64,000 bases of DNA, from NCBI RefSeq assembly GCF_006345805.1, contig NC_042997.1, positions 73,160,001-73,224,000 on the forward strand, in the 5' to 3' direction. Numbering within the stretch: position 1 is the stretch's first letter; each line of letters begins with the position of its first letter. Source of the DNA: Octopus sinensis (Eukaryota). Shown in pieces: positions 53,413-64,000 of the stretch. The position numbers and the translations under genes are program-made. Under the pieces are notes generated by a model. It was not told the DNA's origin, made no database searches, and saw nothing but the letters and a program-made list of their open reading frames with translations.

Positions 53413-56400
53413 ACAACATAATTGAAAATTATTGTGGCAAAGCTGATGAGGATGAAGAGGACGAAAAAGAGAAGGAAGCCGGAAGTCTCTGTGATCCAGG
53501 GGTTCCTCAGGAAAATGGATCACCTACCCCGGTGAACGACCAAGTAGTGAAGGATAGGGGAGCCAAGGGAGCAGAAACCGGAAGCCCCCTGGACCAGTGG
53601 TCCTATGAAGAAATGAAAAATTAGAAAAATTAGAAAAACAGAAGAAAAAAGGAAGGACCGAAAACAAAAATAAGGAGGGAAAAGGCAAAACAACCAAAGC
53701 TGAAACCCCAACCCACCACACAAACAGCAGAGAACCCCATGGAGGATCCAATGCCACCCAGTACACTTCAGGAAAGAAGAAATCTGGAAGGCACCGAAGA
53801 ATCTGTAAGTTCTACCTGCGGGGCAAATGTTGGGATGGTGAGGACGGCAAAAACTGCCGGTTCGCCCACCCGACAACCCGCCAGAACTTCAGGGGACTCA
53901 AAGAGAAAAATTGTACCGAGGGAACACAAGAAATGTCTCCCAGGAAAACTTTTAAAAACAAAGTGCGCTCCTCAGATGTTCTACGCAACGCAGCAGCTGA
54001 GCAAGAGTCTTTTTTATGCATGGCGGAAAGAATTGTCCGGCAGCTAAACTGGCTACACCAAGCACAGAGAAGGAACCCTGCCCACCACTATGCAAGACCA
54101 CTACAGTCAACAGACACGGGATGGCCTCCCCTAACGCCTGCACAGCCGTCACCCCAATACTTTTACTAAATATTGGGGGCCTGTTGCATCAAAATAGAAA
54201 CAAAATTTCTTTCCTGAGAGATCTTACTGCATGCAATCAATCCCTATGCATAGCACTTGTGGAAACTCACCCCAACCTTGATATAGAGGACGCAGAAGTA
54301 CACATACCAAACTATGCCATACTGCGAACAGACAGAAGGGAAAGGAGCCATGGTGGAGTTTCTGTATACATCCGAGATGACCTCACACCCCAGGTCTTGA
54401 TGACATACTCAAATTCGGTATGTGACACCTTAATTGTATACATAAGACAACATAATATAGTCATATGCAATACATATTGCCCACCGGATGCACAAATCAC
54501 ATAGGCAAGTTTGAAGATTGCCTCACAAAAATTAAAGAAATACTCATGAATCTGGAACACCACGTGACCATATTTCTTATGGGTGATTTCAACTTCCCCA
54601 ACGTCAAATGGCCCGAAGGTCACATACTCTCAGGAATGAATCATTGCAAGCAAGTACAGGTGGAGTCCCTGCTCAACCTCACCAATGCCTTATTCATGGA
54701 GCAAGTTGTACTGAAGCCAACTAGGACGAATAACATTCTGGATCTCTGCTTCACGAACAATATGGACATCATTCATGATGTGAAAGTGACACCGACATCA
54801 GTTTAGGATCACAACATAATAGAACTGTCTATGTTTGGGCCGAAAGTAACCAGAGACATACAACCTAAAGGAAGCACCCGAAATCTCTCCAATCTGAACT
54901 TCCACAAAGCAGATTGGAAATCGATCCAAAAAGAGATCCTCAGAGAGGACTGGCCGGAATGTCTCTCCACACCAGACATTGACATGAAACTAGAATGTTT
55001 CATGTCTTCTGTGCAAGCCGTATGCCAGAAAATGTCCCAGAGCACAAGGCCAAAACAAATAGGAGCAAGATTCAAGAGACAGGAAGATCCTCATGAGACG
55101 ACGGACAAAGGTTGCAAATCGTCTCAACCAACATCCCAAAAGTAGCGAACGTCCCGCCTAAAAACAACACTGATGGAGATCGAAAAAAGGCTGCAACAAT
55201 CCTATGTGAAGGAGAAAGCAGACAAAGAAGCCTGGGTTATAAAAAACATTAAATCAAACCCAAAGGCCTTCTTTCATTACGCGAAAGAAACAGTCTCAGT
55301 GCACTACAAGATAGGACCCCTCCTCCAAAAGGATAGCTCCCTCACAGACAGTCCAACTATGATCAGTGAGATGCTGAATGACCAGTTCAAAAGTGTCTTT
55401 ACCACCCCGTTGGAACACAGACAAATGAACGAACCAGTGGACTTCTTTGCCGCCTCACCTATAACCAGCGAGGCGGTTACAATAGAATGTATTGACAGAG
55501 CTTTCTTGCGAATGGCAAACTGCCAAGCAAGCTGAAGGAGGGAATAATATGCCCAATACATAAAGGGGGAAGTAGAGCAGATGCCAAAAACTATAGGCCT
55601 ATCTCTCTGACTTCACACATCAGCAAAGTCATGGAACGGATAGTCAGAAAGAATCTAATCGCATTCCTTGAGGAAAATAATTTGCTGAGTGATACCCAGC
55701 ATGGTTTTCGACCAGGTAGGAGCTGCCTGACCCAGCTCTTACAACATTATGACTGGGTGTTGAAGCAGTTACTCAACAAATCAAATGTGGATGTAATCTA
55801 CCTTAATTTTGCAAAAGCTTTTGACAAGGTGGATCATGGTATGATTATGCCACAACTACGTGACTGACCTCGGCATAGCTGAAAACTTGGAGTGTGGTTA
55901 CATGACTTCCTGAGAGATAGGAGTCAGGCTAGTAGTGGTTAATGGAGCCACCTCTATGAACACAAATAGTGCCGGTGTTCCACAGGGCACTGTCTGGGAC
56001 CACTGCTTTTTATAGTGGCCCTCTCAGATATGCCCTCAAATGCCCGGATAGCCACTCTGGCCCAGCTATTGCAGACGATACGAAAGTCTCCGAAATAAAG
56101 CAGAGCCCCAGCGATGTGCACACCTGCAGCAGGAGTGCGGACTCAATCTACAGATGGGCTGAGGATAATAATATGCGTTTAATGCTTGAAAAATTCCAGG
56201 CCCTGCACTACAGCATCATCCCAAACTGAATATTAAACTTACAGGATACACCGGTCCCAGGGAATTTCAATCCCAGAGCCTAAGTCTGTGAGGGACCTGG
56301 GTATCGACATGAGTGATGATACCTCTTTCCAAGTGCACATTACCAGGATAGCGACAAAGTGCAGACGACTGGCTGGGTGGATCCTAAGAACATTCAGAAC

Positions 56401-56432
56401 CAGAGATAAGGAAACCATGATGGTCTTCTGGC
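53410..56432 (+). mobile_element. CR1/L2-group LINE (ORF1 with CCCH finger, APE, RT), 3' end missing
   Basis: ICKFYLRGKCWDGEDGKNCRFAHP near 53800; ALVETH, RTDRRERSHGGV, MGDFNFP, PTRTNNILDL, QHGFRPGRSCLTQLL, YLNFAKAFDKVDH, ADDTK, RDLGI. Confidence 0.92.
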
Positions 56433-56527
56433 GGGTAGAAATTGATATTAGTCAATTAAAACCAGTGGTCTAGCACATTAAAAAGAATCCGTTTTCACCT
56501 AGTACAGCATATTATGCTCATAACAAA

Positions 56528-56587
56528 CTACGCTGATGAAGCTACAGATATCCTTGTGATATTAATAGCTGAAACTGCAGTACGTAG
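56528..56587 (+). ncRNA. Type I hammerhead ribozyme, copy 1
   Basis: ctacg-CTGATGA-agcta..tagct-GAAA-c tgca g-TA-cgtag. Predicted cleavage after 56582. Confidence 0.88.
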
Positions 56588-57035
56588 GTAATTATTCCAT
56601 TTAAGTATATTTCTTTTGTCTCATCCATTGCTTTAGGTCGTGCTGAATTTTTATTTTTATTTGAGAACATAATCCTTGTGGAGAATGGCGATTTGACGTC
56701 TATATCTAGCATGTTGACTGTCCACCTTTTCGTGTTCAGTCCTTAATTGGTATATATAAATATTTTAATCTTCGGATTCTTTTTAATGTGCTAGACACTG
56801 GTTTTAATTGACTAATAATATCAATTTCTACCCTTAATTTTTAAATATGAAATATATGTTCTCAAACCGATAAATTGAATGCTGCTAATTATGGCTGCAG
56901 GCTAGTTTTTCGATTATCAGCGCGCCAAAAGTAGAGGCATTCGAAAGATACATCCGAACGTAATAGGTTGTACTTTTGCATGCGGGACTCCGGTACCGTT
57001 TTTCACCTAGTACAGCATATTATGCTCATAACAAA

Positions 57036-57095
57036 CTACGCTGATGAAGCTACAGATATCCTTGTGATATTAATAGCTGAAACTGCAGTACGTAG
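57036..57095 (+). ncRNA. Type I hammerhead ribozyme, copy 2
   Basis: Identical to 56528-56587. Predicted cleavage after 57090. Confidence 0.88.
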
Positions 57096-57256
57096 GTAAT
57101 TATTCCATTTAAGTATATTTCTTTTGTCTCATCCATTGCTTTAGGTCGTGCTGAATTTTTATTTTTATTTGAGAACATTATCCTTGTGGAGAATGGCGAT
57201 TTGACGTCTATATCTAGCATGTTGACTGTCCACCTTTTCGTGTTCAGTCCTTAATT

Positions 57257-57326
<70 letters not shown>

Positions 57327-57424
57327 TATATATATATATGTAGGTCCGGGGTTGATTCGGGGTTAACCACAGTAAATAAGGTACTCAATACATAGCAGAG
57401 TAAAATTAATTATTATATAGAAGG

Positions 57425-57475
57425 AGCTTCTACAGGACTAGAACTGTTTCATTCAAGAGAAATCTTCAGGAAGCT
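57425..57475 (-). ncRNA. Type I hammerhead ribozyme with 4-bp stem III
   Basis: agcttc-CTGAAGA-tttc tctt gaat-GAAA-cag ttctagtc ctg-TA-gaagct. Confidence 0.75.
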
Positions 57476-57699
57476 AGTTAACAAGAATTGTATTGGCATT
57501 TATACATTTAGGCAGGTTTAAAAGGGGTGTTGGTGGGGGACTTTTTCGGGGGTAGGCGTAGCGCAAAATATCATACTGGGGGAGTGGTCAAGGAGTCAGT
57601 GTTAAATTAGATAGAAGAATAATAAAAAAAATAATAAATAATAAAATAATAAAAAATATATATATAAAAAGGGAATAGAGTTTTAGGTAAATAAGGGGA

Positions 57700-58709
57700 T
57701 TCTCACTTTAACCTATGCACATATGTATACATATATACACACACATACAAACATATATACATATACAAGCACACATACATACACACACACATATATACAT
57801 ATATATACACGTACACATAAATATACATATCTACACTACACACATCATGTATACATACACACACATATCCACACACACACATGCAACACAGCACACTAGT
57901 CCCTATATACACATATATACACATACACACATACATATACACACACATACATATACATACATATATATATATATATATACATATGTGTACCTATGCATAC
58001 CTACACATACACACATAATATACACATACAAATACTAGACCCATCCCTAATTTTAATTTTATTATCTTCATTTATTACTTTTGTTATCTTTGACCGCTGG
58101 TCGCAAACATCTTGGCTATGACAGCCAGTCCATTTATCTGTCTACTGGAAACAAGCACTCATTCACTCACGCACACTCTTTAGCACGTACACTCACTCAT
58201 TCGTACACTCATACACATACACGCACGCACGCGTTATATTCATACATACATACATCTACATACATTCACGTTATACACATACGTACGCGTACCTACAGAT
58301 TCATGTCTACACTCTTAGAAGGCTAGTCTATACATATATACCAATAAATATAAATACACACACATACATATACACCTACATACAAATACATACATGTACT
58401 AATATATATATATATATATAATAATATTCCATATATATAACATATATATACATATATATATATAGATACACACACACACATATATACATATATATACACA
58501 CATACACATACATACATATACACACATACACATACATACGTATACATGCACATACATCCATACATACATACATACATACATTATACACATACACCACCCA
58601 CACGTATACATATAATACAATATATACGCGCATGCATACACATACAAATACATACAAATACGCATTACATATACATACATACATACACACACATACATAT
58701 ATATATATA

Positions 58710-58764
<55 letters not shown>

Positions 58765-59119
58765 TACATTACATACATACATATACAAATATACGCACCA
58801 CACATACATACATACTCATATAAACATACACGCACATACACATGTACATGTGTACCCGTACACACCACACACACACGCGCATCCATATATACACATAAGT
58901 ACACACATGCGTAAAAGATACATATATCTATGCTTACACATACCACACACACACGCGCCTCCTTATATTCATACTTACATGCATACTCAAAAAATAAGTA
59001 AATAGTAAAATATATACGCGCAGTTATTCATACATGCATACTCAAAAAATAAATAATAAATATTAAGTATATGTACGTGCAGTTACCTATTATATAGACG
59101 AATACATACATATAAACTT

Positions 59120-59160
<41 letters not shown>

Positions 59161-59411
59161 CATACACACATATATATACACATACATATACATATATATA
59201 CATACACACACACACATACACATATATATATATATACATACTTCTCACATGTACAAATACATACACACATACATAACTCTACGTACCTACATATACATAA
59301 ACACACGAGCGTACACGCATATGTACATATACATATACACATACACATACACACGCATATATATATACATACATACATACAACATATATAACACACACGC
59401 ACATACACATG

Positions 59412-59462
<51 letters not shown>

Positions 59463-59571
59463 ATATACAAATACACACACATTACATGTGTGGAAACATA
59501 CATACATACTCATACACGCACACACACTTACTATATATATATAGTGAATGGAAGATATATATATATATATA

Positions 59572-59611
<40 letters not shown>

Positions 59612-59988
59612 ATGGAAGATATATACATATATATATATATATATGCATATATATATGTCATCATCATCATCATCATCGTTTAATGATGATGATGATGATA
59701 TATATATATATATGTATTATATATATATATATATATATATATGCATATATATGTCATCATCATCATCATCATCGTTTAATGATGATGATGATGATATATA
59801 TACATGTATATATATATATGTGTGTGTATATTATATGTATATGTATATATATATACATATATACATATATTTATACATATATATAATATATATATATATA
59901 TATATACATATATATAATATATATATATTATATACATATATATATACATATATATATATACACATATATATATATACATATATATATA

Positions 59989-60019
<31 letters not shown>

Positions 60020-60146
60020 TAACATATATACATATATACATATATATATATATATACATATATATTATATTATATATATTATACAATATATATATACATA
60101 TATATATATATATACATATATATATGTGTGTATTGGCATATACCAA

Positions 60147-60185
<39 letters not shown>

Positions 60186-60267
60186 TATATGTATATATCT
60201 ATATGTATATATATGTACATGTATATATATATGTATATATATATGTATGTATATATGTATATATATT

Positions 60268-60343
<76 letters not shown>

Positions 60344-60349
60344 ATGGAA

Positions 60350-60380
<31 letters not shown>

Positions 60381-60384
60381 TATG

Positions 60385-60431
<47 letters not shown>

Positions 60432-60495
60432 GTATATATATATAATACGTATATATATATATATGTATATATATATATGTATATATATATATGTC

Positions 60496-60528
<33 letters not shown>

Positions 60529-60542
60529 GTATATATATATTA

Positions 60543-60582
<40 letters not shown>

Positions 60583-60615
60583 ATATATATATGTATATAT
60601 ATATATATATGTATA

Positions 60616-60649
<34 letters not shown>

Positions 60650-60656
60650 GTATATA

Positions 60657-60728
<72 letters not shown>

Positions 60729-61025
60729 TGTATGTATAAAATAATATGTATATATACATATATATGTATATATATGTATATATAAAATATATATATATGT
60801 ATATATATAAATATGTATATATATATATATGTATATATATATATGTATATATATATATGTATATATATATATGTAATATATATATATTATATATATATAT
60901 ATATGTAATATATAATATATATATATGTATATATATATATGTTATATATATATATATGTATATATATATAATATATATATATATAATATATGTATGTATA
61001 TATATAATATATATATATATATATG

Positions 61026-61063
<38 letters not shown>

Positions 61064-61070
61064 ATGGAAG

Positions 61071-61106
<36 letters not shown>

Positions 61107-61451
61107 GCTAATATATATATATATATAGTGAATGGAAGATATATATATATATATATATATATATGCATATATATATGTCATCATCATCATCATCATCGTT
61201 TAATGATGATGATGATGATATATATATATGTATATATATATATATATGTGTGTGTGTATATATATATGTATATGTATATATATATATACATATATACATA
61301 TATATGTATACATATATATATACATATATATATATATATACATATATATATACATATATATATATAATATATATATACATATATATACATATATATATAC
61401 ATATATACATTATATAATACATATATACAATATAATATATATTATATATAC

Positions 61452-61518
<67 letters not shown>

Positions 61519-61531
61519 CATATATATATAC

Positions 61532-61564
<33 letters not shown>

Positions 61565-61606
61565 CATATATATATGTGTGTATTGGCATATACCAGAGAA
61601 TATATA

Positions 61607-61646
<40 letters not shown>

Positions 61647-61810
61647 TATATGTATATATCTATATGTATATATATGTACATGTATATATATATGCTATAT
61701 ATATATGTATGTATATATGTATATATATATGGTATATATATATATATATATTATAATATATAATATATATATATATATATATCTATATATATATATATAT
61801 ATATATATTC
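57700..61810. repeat. ~4-kb compound (TA)/(CA)/(TACA) microsatellite field
   Basis: Low-complexity sequence; all ORFs here are YI/HT/CV repeats. Confidence 0.97.
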
Positions 61811-62255
61811 TCTGGTATATGCCAATACACACAGACTGAGAAATTAAGGCCAATAGGCAGGATAATGTTTTCAGAGATCACCAAGAAAAAATGCTTTTTA
61901 ATCCTTGTATCAATTCCGACAGATGACAATGTTTCTCTGACAGAAACGGAGAAACTTTCATAATACAAAAATCTGGATATAGAGGTAACTTAAATGTGGA
62001 GCCTAAAAACAGAGACAATTTCTATAATAATACGCGCATTAGGTGTTATAAAAAAAACATTCAGACAATAACAAAAACACCAGGATTTACAAGTACACAT
62101 ATCATACTGAAAATAGCACTACTGCAAACATCATACGTAAAACACTTTCAGTACATTGAAAATAAAAACACCAAAACAAACCACAGCACAAACCCAAGTC
62201 ACAAAGGACTGCAGTGAAAGCAAGTTATGAAAATAAGACAACTGATAAAATTTTA
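61810..62255 (+). mobile_element. R4/Dong-like LINE 3' end
   Basis: Homologous to 24690-25140 (tatgccaatacacacagac..gaaattaaggccaataggc; LKIALL). Confidence 0.8.
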
Positions 62256-62319
62256 ACGATGATGATGATGATGATGATGATAATAATAATAATAATAATA
62301 ATAATACGTAAATTAATGA

Positions 62320-63432
62320 CAAAGAACAAGGCACTACACTCCAAGAGTGATGTGTTAAGATTGTATGTAAGGAGGAAAGAAGGATGACGGGGATTGGTCT
62401 ATTGTGAAGGTTGTCTAAGGGACGAAACGGATAGCCTGGCTTGGTATGGCATGGAGAGTAAAGAAGGAATGACTGAAGCAGTGAAAATGGAGGGTCCTTA
62501 AAAGTAAACGAAGCAGTAGATCCAACACAATTTAAGAAAGACCAGAGAGAGCAGATGAAGAAAATTTGGCAGGACAAGTAAATGCACAGTCAGTTCTTGA
62601 AGAATAAAGATGAGATTGATTGGATTAGAACCTGGCAATGGCTGCAAAAATGAGACTTAAAAGGGACCACTGAGTTATTAGTGTGCAGCACTCAAGAACA
62701 AGCTCTCAGAACAATCTACTCCAAATTGATAAAACCACTGACTCGCCACAGTGTAGGATGTGCTCTGAGAAGGGAGAAAGTATAAGCCATATTGTTAGTG
62801 AGTGCTGTAAACTCGCACAACGCGAATACAAAAGGAGACAAGACAATGTGGCCAGATATGTCTACTATCTGTTGTGCGGTGTAGCAAACCTCGAGAGAGC
62901 CGAACAATGGTATGAACACAAGCCAGAAGGAGTAATGGAAAACGAACATTACAAAATACTCAGGGATTTTAACATGCAGTGCGACCAAGTCATAGAGGCG
63001 AGACGACCAGATATCGAGCACATCCATAAAGATGATAAAGAAGTAAGATAATAGGTGTTGCAATACCAGGCGATACGAGGATGAAACAGATACGATAAGG
63101 AAACAGAAAAGATTGAGAAATTCCAGCCACTGCGGGATGAGATAGGAAAGTTATAGGGCATGAGGAAAATAATGGTGATAGCGGTGGTAATTGGAACGTT
63201 ATGAGCAATTTCCAAGGGCTTTGAAAAGAATATTAAGAATATTGGATCTGTTGTCAGGCTCGATGTGATCCAGAAGACAGAATTGTCGGGTACAGCTCGC
63301 ATTCTAAGGAGAATATTGTCTCTTTGAGTCACAGGAAAAGGCACTACTTGAAACCTTTGCAGATTTGTTATTGCCTGCTTTTAAGTAAAGAATAACCGGT
63401 AGATAAGAACTATCTGAGAGACTTTCATAAAA

Positions 63433-63433
<1 letters not shown>
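62320..63433 (+). mobile_element. R4/Dong-like LINE (CCHC finger + RLE) between (GAT)/(TAA) tracts
   Basis: CRMCSEKGESISHIVSECCKLAQREYKRRQDNVAR, RDFNMQCDQVIEARRPDI, IQKTELSGTARILRRILS. Confidence 0.9.
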
Positions 63434-63509
<76 letters not shown>

Positions 63510-63510
<1 letters not shown>

Positions 63511-64000
63511 CCGGGGACGTTTAACATGTGAGAGCGATAAAACAGTGCTCCGAAATCTATCCAAAAACATCGGAAACAAAAACATCGCAGGGAGCCAAAA
63601 GATAACTGACAAAGGATTGGACTATATCCGAGTAAGTAATACTCATTGAAATTTATTACTATTTTCCAAACGAAATGGTGTATTTTAACTGGATATCATC
63701 TCCACTTCTAACACAGCACAACATGTAAACATGCTTGATACATTACGATCCATCAACATGGATCATCTCCGGCCCCAAACACCATGTAGAAAAAAAAACT
63801 ACGAACAAATTAAATAATACCGATATTATTCAACCCAAGAATAACAATAGTAGGTGCATTAGGCATGATAAAGAAATAACCAGACAAATACATAACAAAA
63901 ACACCAGGACTTGCAAACACATATAACATACAGAAAATCGCACTACTAGGCACTGCACACATCCTACGCAGAACACTTTCAATACAGTAACCATCAGAGC
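63510..64000 (+). mobile_element. Further R4/Dong-like fragments
   Basis: aataataggtgcattaggc-like...catacagaaaatcgcactactaggcactgcacacatcctacgcagaacactttcaatacagtaaccatca is the reverse complement of 24785-24930. Confidence 0.75.

Larger units (their letters stand above)
56433..57265 (+). mobile_element. Retrozyme-like non-coding element: 59-bp inverted leader plus ~270-bp HHR-containing direct repeats, 508-bp period
   Basis: 56492-56757 is almost identical to 57000-57265. 56433-56491 is the reverse complement of 56773-56833. Confidence 0.85.

Noticed and set aside
59409-60785. 458-aa ORF and the many other YI/CV/HT/LSIY ORFs
   Set aside because: These are translations of microsatellites, which lack stop codons by composition.

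Overview
AT-rich, microsatellite-saturated animal DNA. The SINE and LINE families resemble those I recall from octopus/coleoid cephalopod genomes; this taxonomy is inference. No intact host ORF is visible. Most long ORFs in the track are translated microsatellites or decayed transposon genes. The window holds decayed RTE, CR1/L2-type and R4/Dong-type LINEs, four Penelope-like element (PLE) remnants (RT and/or GIY-YIG), two full-length ~1.29 kb mariner copies, Helitron termini, more than ten tRNA-type SINEs and a 100-N gap. Two or three small minus-strand exon candidates suggest the window may be intronic. The main signal is about 20 type-I hammerhead ribozyme (HHR) motifs from roughly ten sequence families, read by eye as stem I-CUGANGA-stem II-GAAA-stem III-UH-stem I. 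Most have palindromic stem III and sit in short non-coding units next to (TA)n tracts, often with an inverted duplication. The best case is a young element at 56433-57265 with two perfect HHRs exactly 508 nt apart, a retrozyme-like layout predicted to release a 508-nt, possibly circular, RNA. Pairings were read manually, no folding or database search was run, and repeat boundaries are approximate.
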